Source: an uncultured Desulfospira sp. (GTDB taxonomy: Bacteria > Desulfobacterota > Desulfobacteria > Desulfobacterales > Desulfobacteraceae). From it: a stretch of 64,000 nt of DNA. Below the pieces are notes generated by a model. That model saw only the letters and a program-made list of their open reading frames with translations. It searched no databases and was not told the origin of the DNA. The stretch lies in the NCBI GenBank assembly GCA_963663165.1, contig OY760175.1, forward strand, positions 4,608,001 to 4,672,000. Direction: 5' to 3'. This document shows positions 15,461-27,006 of this stretch, piece after piece (position 1 is the stretch's first letter; the number at the start of each line of letters is the position of its first letter). Both the position numbers and the translations under genes were made by a program.

Positions 15461-18067
15461 TTAATCTTCAGGCGATTCCGGCGTTGCTTTTTTTTCGGGA
15501 GTGTCCGGGGGGGTAAGGGGCAGGTCGGTGCCTTGTGCAATGGACCGGATATGGATATCCCGCTGGGGAAAGCTGATTTCGATGTTCTTTTTCCTGAACT
15601 CCCGGTCGATCCGGAACCGGACATCGGTTTCCACTTCCAGCATGTTGTCCACATCGGTCCAGATCCGCAGCCTGAAATTCAGGGCACTGTCACCAAAGTC
15701 CGTGAACAGCACAGTGGGTACCGGGTAGCGAAGTATCCTCGGGGCCTGGGCCGCAATTTCCAGAAGCGTTTCCTTTACCAGTTCCACGTCAGACCCATAG
15801 GCCACCCCTACATTGATGTTGCGCCGGATCCGCCGGTCCTTGAAACTCCAGTTGGTAACCTGGCTGCTGATGAAATCGGCATTGGGAATGATCAAAGAGG
15901 CGTTGTCATAGGTCTGGACCACGGTGGACCGCACATTAATTTTCTGGACCCGGGCCCAGACACCGTTGACTTCTACATCGTCCCCAACCTGTATGGGCCG
16001 TTCAAACAGGAGAATGATGCCTGAGATAAAGTTGTTGAAAATATTCTGGAGCCCGAACCCGATCCCGATGCCTAACGCGCCGAAGGCAACCGCCATGGAG
16101 GCGGTGTTCAGGCCGAATACATGCAGGGAAATTAAAATCCCAAACGACCAGATCACATAGACGGAGATGGTGGTGATGGATTCCTGAAGCCCGCGGGCCA
16201 TGCCGCTCCGGCTCAAGAATTTGGTTTGAAACAGCCACCGCCACATCCGGATCAGGGCATAGGTGAAAATCAGCACCAGGCCGGCGGATACAATGCCAAG
16301 GAGGCTGAAATTCATGCTGCCCATGCTCAAGGGGTGGGCCAGAATCTGATACAGCCTTCCCAGAACGGTCTGGGGATTTCCCCAGGTCAGCAAAAGAATC
16401 AGCAGAAGGGATACCAGCCAGCAGAGCTGGCCTGCCCGGATCATCAGCCATTGAAGGGGATAATCATCGTAAACAAACTCTTCTTTCCGGGTATGGCTTA
16501 TTTCTTTGTAATAATGATCCCATTCCTTAAGCTGGGCATGGAATACGCCCCACCAGAATAGAATGACAATACTTTTTATCCAGGAAATCAGCCAGTGAAA
16601 AGACAGCGAGCCGTAACCGGTCATATCCATCACCAGGGCGACACCGGCAATGGTCATCAGCAGGTATTTACACGAAAGGCTTTTGAGCAGAACGGGTTTG
16701 TTCTGATCTTTTCCAAGTCCCCGGATGTTTTTTCCATTGACATCCTTCCAGGTCATGATGGCCCAGGCCAGCAGCCAGAAGGTGCCGGCCATCCGCAGCA
16801 GGATTAAAAGACCGGAATCCATGCCAAGAACGGCCTGAATCAGGGTATGGGCAAAAATGAGGTAGGCTGCCCCCCGGCTCAGGCGGCCTAACCGCTTGGC
16901 ATTGGCCTCACCTCCCACGGTTTCCCGGGCCGGCCCTGAAATCGCCAGGCCAACCCACCGGACAACGAGGAAAATCAGGATGATCACATAAGCGGTTTTA
17001 AAACCGGCCGCTACCAGAACCATCTTATCCAGACGGCTGTATAAGAAAATGGTCAGCGCTGTGCCGCCGGGGATAATAGACATTTTTAAAAGATCGGCCG
17101 CCATCAGATGCCAGGGTCCCAACTGGCTTGCCACCGGCAGGTCTTTAAGACCGGATGCGGCAGATTTCAACCGGGAAAGGATGGCCAGTGCCCCAAAAAG
17201 CACAAAAATAAACGATACGGCCACAAGCCCGGCGCTCTGCCACAGGGCTTCTGCACCGGTTATCCAGAATCCCGGCTCAGTAGCCGTTCGGATGTGCTTC
17301 CATAAATCAAGGCTTTCATTGAGAAGAACATTAAACGCATTCAGCCGTGAGTTTTTAGATTTTCGCTCAAACAGATTTTTGGCTTTCCGTTCCTCAATGG
17401 TCTGCTCAAGCTGGGTTTCCAGGTCTGAAAAAGAATTCAGCACCTCCGTCATTTTGGTTATCCGGGTCTGGTAAATCTGGTCCAGCCGGGTGACCAGGTC
17501 TTCTTTTTTCTTGAGGACACCGGCCAGGCGATCGGCTGTTTTTTTCAGGGCAAGGCTAGTGGAATCGCCCTTTTTGTCTGCATTGATCTGGACCAGTTCC
17601 TTTATTTGTTTGTCCACCAGCTGCTTTTGCTGTTCAAGGTTTTTAAGTTCGCGTTTCAGGGTGTCTTCGTCCGGGGCAAGCCCGTCTTTAATCTTCTGGA
17701 TTTCAACCATGGAAGACTTGAGCTCGGCACGGGTTTTTTGGAGTGCGGAAATGTCTGTGCCGGTTGACAGCAGCAGATTCCAGAAAGTGGATAACTGAAG
17801 CCGGTATCCGTTATATGCGGCCGTCAGGTAGTTTTGCTCCCGGTCTTCTATGGCCAGGCGCTCTTTATATTTTTCCAGGTCTTTGAGTTCGGTTTCCAGG
17901 GATTTATCCAGAATCTGCCCCAGATCATCGATCAGTTTTGATGCGCCATTGCCTTCTGCGGCCACAGCGCTGATCCGCAAGGGGCCGGCAATCGCCGTGA
18001 CCATCAAGAAAAGCAAACAAAAGTTTAAAACCCAGCGTCTGGTTCGAAAATCAAGGTAAACGGTCAT
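15461..18067 (-). CDS. Large mechanosensitive channel, MscS family (MscK-like, periplasmic coiled coil)
   Basis: Signal peptide, coiled-coil region, many TM helices, GIGFGLQNIFNNFISGIILLFERPIQVGD, VAYGSD, FPQRDIH. Confidence 0.92.
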   Translation of the reverse strand: MTVYLDFRTRRWVLNFCLLFLMVTAIAGPLRISAVAAEGNGASKLIDDLGQILDKSLETELKDLEKYKERLAIEDREQNYLTAAYNGYRLQLSTFWNLLLSTGTDISALQKTRAELKSSMVEIQKIKDGLAPDEDTLKRELKNLEQQKQLVDKQIKELVQINADKKGDSTSLALKKTADRLAGVLKKKEDLVTRLDQIYQTRITKMTEVLNSFSDLETQLEQTIEERKAKNLFERKSKNSRLNAFNVLLNESLDLWKHIRTATEPGFWITGAEALWQSAGLVAVSFIFVLFGALAILSRLKSAASGLKDLPVASQLGPWHLMAADLLKMSIIPGGTALTIFLYSRLDKMVLVAAGFKTAYVIILIFLVVRWVGLAISGPARETVGGEANAKRLGRLSRGAAYLIFAHTLIQAVLGMDSGLLILLRMAGTFWLLAWAIMTWKDVNGKNIRGLGKDQNKPVLLKSLSCKYLLMTIAGVALVMDMTGYGSLSFHWLISWIKSIVILFWWGVFHAQLKEWDHYYKEISHTRKEEFVYDDYPLQWLMIRAGQLCWLVSLLLILLLTWGNPQTVLGRLYQILAHPLSMGSMNFSLLGIVSAGLVLIFTYALIRMWRWLFQTKFLSRSGMARGLQESITTISVYVIWSFGILISLHVFGLNTASMAVAFGALGIGIGFGLQNIFNNFISGIILLFERPIQVGDDVEVNGVWARVQKINVRSTVVQTYDNASLIIPNADFISSQVTNWSFKDRRIRRNINVGVAYGSDVELVKETLLEIAAQAPRILRYPVPTVLFTDFGDSALNFRLRIWTDVDNMLEVETDVRFRIDREFRKKNIEISFPQRDIHIRSIAQGTDLPLTPPDTPEKKATPESPED

Positions 18068-18078
18068 AAATCAGCCTC

Positions 18079-19143
18079 CTAAAACCACCCTTTTTTTTTG
18101 AAATAAACGGCCATTGTTCCCCCCACCACAGCCATCAGCCCTAAAAGGCCAAAGTACCCCCATTGCCATTCCAGTTCAGGCATGACCTTGAAATTCATTC
18201 CGTAAATACCGGCCAGAAAGGTCAGGGGAATGAAAATGGTGGCAATGATGGTCAGGGTCCTCATGACATCGTTGGTCCGGTTGGCCTGGACCGATATATA
18301 CAGATCCAGCATGCCGGACAGCAGATCCCGGAAAGAGTTGATGGTATCCAGAATATGGATCAGATGATCGTACACATCGGTATAAAAGCGAATGGTCTCC
18401 TCAGGCAGCAACAGGGACTCGGATGAGATCAGGCTGCCCACGGCCTCCCTTAACGGCCGGACCTGCTTTTGGGAAAAGATCATCTCCCGTTTAAGATTGT
18501 GGAGCCGTTCAAGGTGGCTTGGATCAACGCGTTCAAGCATTTCCTGCTCCAGCGTCTCCACTTCGTCCCCCATCTGGAACAGAACCTGAAAATAGTGGTC
18601 CACAATGGAATCTATCAGGGCATAGGCCAGGTAGCCGGAATCCGCGTTCCGGATCCGCCCTTTACCGCTTCGCAGCCGTTTGAGCACCGGTTCCAGGCAG
18701 GGGATCTCCTCTTCCTGGACCGAGATCAGCACATTCGGGCAGGCCACAATACTGAACGGATGAGTGGACACCATTTTCTTGGAAGGGGTATACGCCAATT
18801 GTCTTAAGGCGACGAAAAAATAGTCTTCAAAATCTTCAAATTTAGGGGGGTGACCCGGGTTGGCCATATCTTCAAGGGTCAGGGGGTGGATATGGAACAG
18901 GTCACCTATTTTTGAAAGCGTTTCCAGGTCACCAAGGCCGATAACGTGAATCCAGGCCATCTCCTTGTCCCGAATATAGGGGACGGCCGCATCCATATCC
19001 GGCACCTGGGTTTCATTAAATGAATCTTTTGAATAGGTATGCACAAAGATTTTTGGTGCCGGCCCTTTAGCGGCGGCGGGGTCAATTTGCAGTCCCGGGG
19101 CAGCCCCGGCTTGTTTTTTTGACTTTTTGATAAATCTGGACAT
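18079..19143 (-). CDS. corA: Magnesium/cobalt transporter CorA
   Basis: IHPLTLED; PLTFLAGIYGMNFKVMPEL. Confidence 0.95.
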   Translation of the reverse strand: MSRFIKKSKKQAGAAPGLQIDPAAAKGPAPKIFVHTYSKDSFNETQVPDMDAAVPYIRDKEMAWIHVIGLGDLETLSKIGDLFHIHPLTLEDMANPGHPPKFEDFEDYFFVALRQLAYTPSKKMVSTHPFSIVACPNVLISVQEEEIPCLEPVLKRLRSGKGRIRNADSGYLAYALIDSIVDHYFQVLFQMGDEVETLEQEMLERVDPSHLERLHNLKREMIFSQKQVRPLREAVGSLISSESLLLPEETIRFYTDVYDHLIHILDTINSFRDLLSGMLDLYISVQANRTNDVMRTLTIIATIFIPLTFLAGIYGMNFKVMPELEWQWGYFGLLGLMAVVGGTMAVYFKKKGWF

Positions 19144-19173
19144 AAAAAACCATTTTGGTTACAGGTTACTGGA

Positions 19174-19968
19174 TCACTTTATATCATCTGGGGTCCCAAG
19201 GCAAAATTTTTGGTCCGTGCCTTTGGGGGCGCCGGTATCATCATAGGTCCTCTCAGTAACAGCGGCGGTCTGGTTTGGGGAAACAATGACCAGGGTTGAA
19301 GACCTTGTTCCGTAGCCCTGGCTTTCCACAAAGATGGAAGACAGAATCCTTTCCCAGTCAAGTCCGACACCGGTGTCCGGCAAATCTGAATCATGGGGGC
19401 GTGACCGGTCCCCCAAAAGGGAAAAAAGCACTTCCGGGTCCGGGTTTCTCCCATGGCCCATGGCTTCTTTGAGCCGTGCTTTGCCCTTTTGAACCTTTGG
19501 CCAGGCCGTGTTGAGCAGGTGGTTGCTCAGGCCGTGGATCCCCGGCGGGATCAAATCAATTTTCCGGGATTGGTTGGAATATCCGTAAAGGCAGGGGGTG
19601 TTGCCGAAAATCTGCCCGGCCAGGAGGTTAAAACCGTTATATCGGTCCGCTGTTTGATCAAGGGAACCTAGAAATGTTAAAGGGTCGGTATCAGATTCAA
19701 GAAACCGGGGGATGATCTCGCCTCTGGACGGGGCATTTTCTTTAAGCGAAGACAGGTCCCGGTAATTGGTCAGGGCGGCAAATTTCCCCGTTTCATTCAG
19801 ACCTAACCATGTCCCGCCCTGTGCCAGGTCTTTGCCGGCCAGAACAGGGGCGGGACCATCCCAGAAATCCATGGCCGCGGTGGGCCGGGCAAAGAATTCA
19901 TCCCGGTTGGCGGCCAAAACCAGGGGGGCAGCGGGTGATATATTTAATCCAAATAAAATAAGGCACAT
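19174..19968 (-). CDS. NRDE family protein (TANGO2-like)
   Basis: MCLI...AANRDEF...GGTWLG...LTNYR...SRG...YGTRSST. Confidence 0.93.
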   Translation of the reverse strand: MCLILFGLNISPAAPLVLAANRDEFFARPTAAMDFWDGPAPVLAGKDLAQGGTWLGLNETGKFAALTNYRDLSSLKENAPSRGEIIPRFLESDTDPLTFLGSLDQTADRYNGFNLLAGQIFGNTPCLYGYSNQSRKIDLIPPGIHGLSNHLLNTAWPKVQKGKARLKEAMGHGRNPDPEVLFSLLGDRSRPHDSDLPDTGVGLDWERILSSIFVESQGYGTRSSTLVIVSPNQTAAVTERTYDDTGAPKGTDQKFCLGTPDDIK

Positions 19969-20072
19969 GGAGAATTCCTTGTCTTTTAAGGCCTGGTCTG
20001 CTATTGACCAGTAGTTTAAAGGTTACGTGTAGCCGTTACATCAAGAAAAATCAATATAAGCGGAGGAAAGAA

Positions 20073-21359
20073 ATGAAAGATGTTGTCATTGTAAGCGGCG
20101 TTAGAACAGCGGTCGGTTCTTTTGGCGGTTCGTTGAAAAGTGTTCCTGTGGTTGAGTTGGGAAGATATGTCATGAAAGACGTCCTCAAAAGGGCAGGCCT
20201 GCGACCTGAGGTTTCTGATGAGCAGACCGAATTCTTTCCGGAGGCCCTCAAGGATCAGGGCCGGATTGAGCTTGAGTCCAAGGGATACGATTATGACGAC
20301 AGCCTGCAACCGGTCTTTATTGATGAAGTCATCATGGGCAATGTGCTTCAGGCAGGCCAGGGACAGAATACGGCCAGACAGGCCATGATCGCGTCCGGTA
20401 TTACCCGGTTTACCCCGGCCGTGACCATTAACAAGATCTGCGGCTCTGGCCTGAAAGCCATTGCCATGGGTGCCCAGGCCATTATGGCCGGCCAGGCCGA
20501 GGTTATCCTTGCCGGCGGCCAGGAAAGCATGAGCAACGCCCCCATGGCCCTTCTCAAGGCCAGATGGGGACACCGTATGGAGTTGACCGGACAGGGACCG
20601 GTTCATGACCTGATGGTGTTTGACGGACTGTATGAAATTTTTTACGGATACCACATGGGCCAGACCGCTGAAAATATTGTGGACAAATACGGCATCTCCA
20701 GAGAAGAACAGGACCAGCTGGCCCTGTTAAGCCACCAGCGGGCCTATGCCGCCGTTCATGACGGCACCTTTGCCCAAGAAATTGTCCCGGTGGTCATCTC
20801 TTCAAGAAAAGGGGATACCATTGTGGACAAGGACGAGCGGCCCATGGACACCAGCCTTGAAAAAATGGCCAAGCTTCGCCCGGCATTTAGAAAAGACGGC
20901 TCTGTAACTGCCGGCAACGCCTCAGGAATCAACGATGCGGCCGCAGCGGTTCTGCTCATGACCGAAGAAAAAGCCGATGAACTCGGCCTTGAAAAACTGG
21001 CAAAAATCAAGAGCTTTGCCGCCGGCGGCGTTGACCCCGCATACATGGGTTTAGGGCCGGTTCCTGCAGTGAAAAAAGTCCTCAAACAGACCGGAATGAC
21101 CATGGGTGACATTGAAATGATCGAGTTGAACGAAGCCTTTGCATCCCAGGCCATTGGCTGCATGAGAGAACTTAATATCGACGTGGAAAAGCCCAATGAA
21201 CTGGGTTCCGGGATTTCCATCGGCCATCCCATTGGATGCACCGGTGCCCGGCAGATGGTTACGGCCATCCATCAGATGAAGAGAAAAGGATATGCCAACT
21301 GCCTGATCTCCATGTGTATCGGGGGCGGCATGGGCATGGCCATGATCATTGAAAAGTAG
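20073..21359 (+). CDS. Acetyl-CoA C-acetyltransferase (thiolase)
   Basis: NKICGSG, NEAFA, GHPIG, MCIGGGMG; ATG 20073 after GGAGG. Confidence 0.95.
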   Translation: MKDVVIVSGVRTAVGSFGGSLKSVPVVELGRYVMKDVLKRAGLRPEVSDEQTEFFPEALKDQGRIELESKGYDYDDSLQPVFIDEVIMGNVLQAGQGQNTARQAMIASGITRFTPAVTINKICGSGLKAIAMGAQAIMAGQAEVILAGGQESMSNAPMALLKARWGHRMELTGQGPVHDLMVFDGLYEIFYGYHMGQTAENIVDKYGISREEQDQLALLSHQRAYAAVHDGTFAQEIVPVVISSRKGDTIVDKDERPMDTSLEKMAKLRPAFRKDGSVTAGNASGINDAAAAVLLMTEEKADELGLEKLAKIKSFAAGGVDPAYMGLGPVPAVKKVLKQTGMTMGDIEMIELNEAFASQAIGCMRELNIDVEKPNELGSGISIGHPIGCTGARQMVTAIHQMKRKGYANCLISMCIGGGMGMAMIIEK

Positions 21360-21406
21360 GCGGTACGGGACTTGTCAAAAAAATAAAAAATAGGTAAATT
21401 TTTTCC

Positions 21407-21435
21407 TTGACCTTGCCTTTTTTGTCGACTATGAT
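21407..21435 (+). promoter_or_regulatory. sigma70-type promoter
   Basis: TTGACC-N17-TATGAT. Confidence 0.6.
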
Positions 21436-21441
21436 AGCCAC

Positions 21442-21630
21442 CGTTTGTCCATTTGTTGATGTTGATCCTGTTGCTGACGTTCCTGTTGCTGCTCCTGTTG
21501 CTGCTGTTTTTTCTGAACCTCATGCGGAACCTGAACCTGACCTGAGCCTGATGCTGAACCTGATCTGAAGTTCTAAATGGTGCTAACAACCTGGGCTGGG
21601 CAGTTTTTCTGCCCGGCCCTTTTTATTTTC
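21442..21630 (+). ncRNA. Candidate ~185-nt repeat-rich small RNA (alternatively a 28-aa Leu-rich peptide, 21459-21545)
   Basis: Lies between a promoter and a terminator; 3x CCTGTTGCTG and ~5x (A/G)CCTGA-type repeats. Confidence 0.45.
21593..21630 (+). terminator. Rho-independent terminator
   Basis: GGGCTGGGCAG-TTTTT-CTGCCCGGCCC then TTTTTATTTT; the G-U pair only works on the plus strand. Confidence 0.8.
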
Positions 21631-21643
21631 TGCGGCATGGGAA

Positions 21644-22726
21644 TTAATCCTTAAAGCAAAGTTTAATCTCATTAAACTTTGCCGCCACTTTTTTAAAGAC
21701 CTTGACCACGTCCGGGTCAAAGTGTTCACCGGATTCTGAAACAATGATTTCCACAGCCTTATCGTGGGAGAATTCAGGTTTGTAACAGCGAACCGAAACC
21801 AGGGCGTCATACACATCGGCCACGGCCATGAGCCGGGCGGACAAGGGGATTTCAAACCCTTTAAGGCCGTTTGGATATCCTTTGCCGTTCCACCGCTCGT
21901 GATGAAAGGCGGCAATCTCTTCGGCCAGATGCAAAAACAAATTGGTGCTGTCCAGCTGTTTCTGGGTTTCAAAAATGGCGGACTTTCCAAACAGGGTATG
22001 TTCCTTCATGGTTTCAAATTCCATGTTGTCAAGCCGTCCGGGCTTGAGCAGGATACTGTCCGGCACCCCGACTTTCCCGATATCATGGAGGGGGGCCGAC
22101 TTAAACAGCATTTCTATCCGGTCTTCAGTCAGATACTCATGGTATTCGGGCAGGGTGCCCATTTCTTCGGCCAGGGCCTTGACAAAATGCTGGGTCCGCC
22201 GCAAATGGTTCCCGGTTTCAGGGTCCCGGAATTCCGCCAGGCTTCCCATGGCCACAATGGTGGCTTCCTGGGACCGGGCCAGTTCTTTGGTCCGGCGCTT
22301 TACCATCTGCTCTAAAATGCTGTTTTGTACCTTGAGAAAATCCCTGGCCTGTTTGAGCTCCAGATGGGTGGATACCCGGGCCATCAGGACGGCAGGGCTG
22401 ATGGGTTTATAGATATAGTCAACCGCACCGAGACGCAGTCCCTTTTCCTCATCCTCGGCATTGTTGAGGGCGGTCAGAAAAATTACTGGAATGTCGCTGA
22501 ATTCAGACCGCTTAATCCTTTGGCAAACCTCATACCCGTCCATCTCAGGCATGACAATGTCGGTTAAAATGAGGTCCGGCCTCACCAATGAGTGCTTCAG
22601 GACATCAAGCCCTTTATGGCCGTCTGTGGCCACTTTTACCTTATAACGTTCCTTTAGCGTCCGGCTGATCACGGTCAGGATCTCCGGGGTGTCTTCAATC
22701 ACAAGGATTGTTTTTTTATTGGTCAT
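21644..22726 (-). CDS. REC + HD-GYP response regulator (RpfG-like c-di-GMP phosphodiesterase)
   Basis: DLILTDIVMPEMDG; ETGNH; LHDIGKVG; HHERWNGKGYP. Confidence 0.95.
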   Translation of the reverse strand: MTNKKTILVIEDTPEILTVISRTLKERYKVKVATDGHKGLDVLKHSLVRPDLILTDIVMPEMDGYEVCQRIKRSEFSDIPVIFLTALNNAEDEEKGLRLGAVDYIYKPISPAVLMARVSTHLELKQARDFLKVQNSILEQMVKRRTKELARSQEATIVAMGSLAEFRDPETGNHLRRTQHFVKALAEEMGTLPEYHEYLTEDRIEMLFKSAPLHDIGKVGVPDSILLKPGRLDNMEFETMKEHTLFGKSAIFETQKQLDSTNLFLHLAEEIAAFHHERWNGKGYPNGLKGFEIPLSARLMAVADVYDALVSVRCYKPEFSHDKAVEIIVSESGEHFDPDVVKVFKKVAAKFNEIKLCFKD

Positions 22727-22782
22727 GGCATCACGTTTTATAAGTTGGCGTTACCCCGTGGTTGTGCGAACAGTGAAGCCTT

Positions 22783-25700
22783 TCAGGTGCTTTTGCCCGG
22801 GATTTGGGACAAGGTTTCCAGCGCTTCATCAAATTTATACTTTTGCAAAGCTGACTCAAGGCGGCTGAAAAGTTCTTTGGGAATACCGTTTTTCAGTTCG
22901 CTTTTGTGGCCGGTGAAAAAGTCCACGGCCTCAAAATCGTCGTCCGCCAGAAGTGTTTTAAGGGCGTCAATCACGGCAAGACATGATTCCGGGGACTTGT
23001 CCACAGGGGCGGCAGCCGGCTCTAAAGCCGTTTGAGTTTCACCGGGGAATGCCCGTTCAAGTTCGGTTAAGATGTTTTTAAGGCTTTCAATGCAAAATGC
23101 CATTGACCCTCTGACGGCCCCATGGTCCTGGTTGTTCAGGTCATTTTCCAGGTCTGATGCGGCCTGGCTCAATCCTACAGCGCCGATGCTGCCGGCCACC
23201 CCTTTCAGGGTGTGTGCATAATGTTTGGCCTGTTCATAATCTTTTTGTTCGATTCCGGTGGTGATAAACCCGATATATTCGCCATAGTTTTTCTGAAACT
23301 GCTGTAACAGATCAAGGTATAAGCTGATATTGCCGCCCACCAGCCTTAGCCCTAAGTTTGTATCTATGCCGATAATATCAGGCACGGTTTTTTCTTTCAG
23401 AATTTTTTCCCGGTTCTGCCCGGGTACCTTGGTCGCGCCCGGCCGGCGGTCTTTGGGGACAACGATCCAGGTTTCAAGAACCTTGAACAGTTCATCAATG
23501 ACAATCGGTTTGGCCACATGGTCATTCATTCCCGTTTCAAGGGCTTTTTGCTTGTCTGTGGCCATGGCGTTGGCGGTCATGGCAATGATGGGAAGTCCCT
23601 CAAAGCTCTGGATACGGCGAATTTTTTCTGTGGCCGTATACCCGTCCATAACCGGCATCTGAACATCCATGAGAACCAGATCAAAACCATTCCCGTGTTT
23701 CAAGGCGTTCATCAAACACTCAATTCCGACCTGGCCGTTTTCAGCCACCGTTACTTCAAGCCCTTCATTGGACAGAATCTCGCAGGCCACCTGCTGGTTG
23801 ATTTCATTGTCTTCAACCAGAAGAATCCGGGCCCCCTTGATATGGTCGGGAAGAGCGGATAAATCGGTCCCTGTTGTGGTAATGATTTCTTTGCCGAAGG
23901 CCGACATGATGGCGTCAAACAACAGCGAGGGGAAAATGGGCTTGGCCAGAATCTGGGCAAACTCAACACCGTCAAGCTGATCTGTCACGGTTTTCTTGTC
24001 ATAGGCTGTCAGCATGATCAGGATCGGTTTCTGGCTTAAGTTCAGAGTCGTCTGAATCTGACGGGCGGTCTCTATTCCGTCCATGCCCGGCATCCTAAAA
24101 TCAATGATGGCCAGGTCAAAAGGTGCGCCTTTCTGGTCGGCATCTCTTAAAATGCCAAGCGCCTCTTCCCCGCTTTGGGCTTCTGTTGCCTGGTATCCAA
24201 AGTCTTTGATCTGGCGCATCAGAATAAGCCGGGTGGTGGAATTGTCATCAACGATTAACACCCGCATGCCCTTCATCTGGTCATCAAGTGTTCGCGTGGG
24301 TCGTGTCCCTTTTTCCTGGTCTATCTTGAACCTTGCGGTAAACCAGAAGGTAGATCCCCGGCCGGGAGCGGATATCGCTCCGATTTGTCCGCCCATCATT
24401 TCTGCCATGGTTTTACTGATGGTCAGCCCCAGGCCGGTGCCGCCGAATTTCCTGGTGGTTGAACTGTCGGCCTGGCTGAATGCGGTAAAAAGCCGGCGTT
24501 GTTCTTCTTCGCTCATCCCGATCCCGCTGTCGCAGACCTCAAAGCGGAGCAGAATGGTGTCATCTTTTATTTCCGTGGTGGTCATTTTAAGGGTGATATC
24601 GCCTTCCTGGGTAAATTTGACGGCGTTATTGAGCAAATTGATCAAAATTTGCCGCAGCCGGACCGGGTCACCCAGGACCCTTTCCGGGATACCCGGCTCT
24701 AAATCGACCATCATTTCAAGCCCCTTGTTGTTGGCGGCAAGCCCCACCACCTGGCAGGCATTGTACAGAATATCATCGTAGAGGTTGAACGAGATTTCTT
24801 CCAGTTCCATTTTGCCGGCCTCAATCTTGGAAAAATCAAGGATATCATTAATGATACGCAGTAGATTATCAGCGGACAGGGTGATTTTTTCAAGGTAATC
24901 ATGCTGCTGAGGTGTCAGGTCGGTCTGTCTGAGCAGATGGGCCAATCCCATCACCGCATTCATGGGGGTTCGGATTTCATGGCTCATGTTGGCCAGGAAT
25001 GTGCTTTTGGCCTGATTGGCCACCTCGGCTTCTTTTCTGGCGATGATCAGCTTTTTTTCCGTCCGGTTTTTTTCATTAATTTCTTTTTTTAACCGATCAT
25101 TGGTGGCATTAATTCTTCGGATAAAAAATTTATCAATGAGCAGATACCCGGTCACGCTCAAAAACAGGAAAAGAAGCACCGCAGCCGTTAAAATGGTTAA
25201 CAGCAGAGAAAAATTGGTGGCCTGGATGACGGCCACTTTTTTTTCAATCATGGTATCAATGGCATCAATATAAACCCCGGTTCCGATGATCCAGTTAAAC
25301 GGCTCAAATGTCCGGACATAGGACAGTTTTGGCTCTTCCCTGGTAAGGCCGTCCCGGGTCGGCTTCGGCCACATATAGGTGACGAACCCCCCGTTTTTCT
25401 GTTTTGCCGCAGTGACAAATGCTTTGAACAGATTTTTTTCATCACCGATGGCCACCTTGAACCGTTCACTGTCCATTACCCTGCCTTCAAGTTCCGGCAT
25501 GGTGGGGTGCATGAGCATGGTGGGGTAAGGCTCTGTGTTGTCATTGATCCAGAAATATCCTACCCCGGTGTTGTACCGCATTTTTCTTAAGTCCTGCTTT
25601 GATTTTTCCACGGCGCGGGTGATGGCATCGTCAATGTAGATCCCGGTTCCAAGGACCCAGCCCCATTCAGGAATCCACCGGATATACGACAGTTTCAGGG

Positions 25701-26436
25701 TGGGCCTGACAAAGCCGTCGGCCCCGGGCTTGGGCCAGACATAATCAATATATCCGCTGCCGTAGTTGAGGACTTCTTCCACCATGGCGGCAAACAGGTT
25801 TTTCTTTGATTTTAAAGCGCTGTTAAATTTTTCGTCATCAAGGACCGTGCCGTTAAGCTCCGGCTGAACAGGGTGCATGAGCATCTTTGGATAAGGCAGC
25901 TGGTCGTTGTTGATCCAGACATAGCCGATCCCTAATTCGTCAAGTGTTTTGGCCCTGCCGTTTTCCCCTGTGGCTGTTTCGGGGATGACATCGCGTTCTA
26001 ATGTATCTAATCCTTTTTTCCAGATGTAACCGGTTCCCCGGTCATAGGTCAGCTGGCCAATGGATTCAAAGGCGTTTTGCTGGGCCTGCTCAAGTGAGAT
26101 GACATTCTTTTCAGCCAGAGCGATCTGTTCCTGGATAATGGATGCGGCGACATCAATGACTTTGTTGAGGGCCAGACCGTATTCTTTTTGAAGCCAGACC
26201 GTATCCTGGGTGTTTTCATAATTTGACTGGACGATATTATAGGCGATTTCAACATAATTGCGAAGTTTATGCCTGGCCTTGTTCATTTCTTCGTTCCGGA
26301 TGGCGGCGATTTCTTTTTTCCCGGCAGAATTAATAATGGTGTGCATGATCAGCCCCTGGCTGAATCCAAAGATCAGAAGGGTGATCAAAATGGCTAAAAT
26401 GAGAACCCCAATGGTGCTCTTCCTGTTAATGGTCAC
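22783..26436 (-). CDS. Hybrid sensor histidine kinase: 2x Cache, HisKA/HATPase, 2x REC, Hpt
   Basis: Two YxWPKP...KLSY...W.IGTG.Y Cache units; [21 protein letters not shown]; two receivers; AHTLKGVAG. Confidence 0.95.
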   Translation of the reverse strand: MTINRKSTIGVLILAILITLLIFGFSQGLIMHTIINSAGKKEIAAIRNEEMNKARHKLRNYVEIAYNIVQSNYENTQDTVWLQKEYGLALNKVIDVAASIIQEQIALAEKNVISLEQAQQNAFESIGQLTYDRGTGYIWKKGLDTLERDVIPETATGENGRAKTLDELGIGYVWINNDQLPYPKMLMHPVQPELNGTVLDDEKFNSALKSKKNLFAAMVEEVLNYGSGYIDYVWPKPGADGFVRPTLKLSYIRWIPEWGWVLGTGIYIDDAITRAVEKSKQDLRKMRYNTGVGYFWINDNTEPYPTMLMHPTMPELEGRVMDSERFKVAIGDEKNLFKAFVTAAKQKNGGFVTYMWPKPTRDGLTREEPKLSYVRTFEPFNWIIGTGVYIDAIDTMIEKKVAVIQATNFSLLLTILTAAVLLFLFLSVTGYLLIDKFFIRRINATNDRLKKEINEKNRTEKKLIIARKEAEVANQAKSTFLANMSHEIRTPMNAVMGLAHLLRQTDLTPQQHDYLEKITLSADNLLRIINDILDFSKIEAGKMELEEISFNLYDDILYNACQVVGLAANNKGLEMMVDLEPGIPERVLGDPVRLRQILINLLNNAVKFTQEGDITLKMTTTEIKDDTILLRFEVCDSGIGMSEEEQRRLFTAFSQADSSTTRKFGGTGLGLTISKTMAEMMGGQIGAISAPGRGSTFWFTARFKIDQEKGTRPTRTLDDQMKGMRVLIVDDNSTTRLILMRQIKDFGYQATEAQSGEEALGILRDADQKGAPFDLAIIDFRMPGMDGIETARQIQTTLNLSQKPILIMLTAYDKKTVTDQLDGVEFAQILAKPIFPSLLFDAIMSAFGKEIITTTGTDLSALPDHIKGARILLVEDNEINQQVACEILSNEGLEVTVAENGQVGIECLMNALKHGNGFDLVLMDVQMPVMDGYTATEKIRRIQSFEGLPIIAMTANAMATDKQKALETGMNDHVAKPIVIDELFKVLETWIVVPKDRRPGATKVPGQNREKILKEKTVPDIIGIDTNLGLRLVGGNISLYLDLLQQFQKNYGEYIGFITTGIEQKDYEQAKHYAHTLKGVAGSIGAVGLSQAASDLENDLNNQDHGAVRGSMAFCIESLKNILTELERAFPGETQTALEPAAAPVDKSPESCLAVIDALKTLLADDDFEAVDFFTGHKSELKNGIPKELFSRLESALQKYKFDEALETLSQIPGKST

Positions 26437-27006
26437 GGGTGCTCCTTAAACGGTTAGGTTGTGGCGTTGGCTTAAACCATAAGCCCTTGACTCAATTGAT
26501 CGCAGGCCGCTGAAAATGAATATCATCTCCCGGGTTTGCAGCCGTCGGCGCTTAAGGGTGTGGCGAAAAATTGGACCGCCTTGAAATTCATGATTCGGAT
26601 CGCAAAGATTTTAATATTCCTGTCATATTAGGCCTGTGAAGGGCTTTTTGTCAAGCCGGGATATCATATTATTTAACGGATTGGAAACCGCGGCGAGAAT
26701 GAATTTAAATATTTTAAAAAATCGCGTTCATTTAGAAATTTTAATATTTTCTTTTTATTATTTTGCCGGTATAATGATTTTTAAATTTAACGTAAATTTC
26801 CTGATAATATAGCGGTTCGCCCCAATTTTTAGATGTCTTTTTTTTGCCGCTGTCTCGCCTGCCCGGTTTTACGGAAGGTTGAAATTATAATTTTTTTACT
26901 TGAGAAAAAAGCTAATTCACAGCTATCCCGCCTTTGGGGAGTAAGATTGATGTTCATAATTTAAGAAGGTTGCATAAAGACTAACCGCAATATTTAAAGC
27001 CAGGGG

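Noticed and set aside
21459..21545. Leucine attenuator
   Set aside because: No co-oriented downstream gene and no Shine-Dalgarno or antiterminator seen.
26437..27006. c-di-GMP riboswitch between kinase and MCP
   Set aside because: Consensus motifs not found; looks like an AT-rich divergent promoter region.
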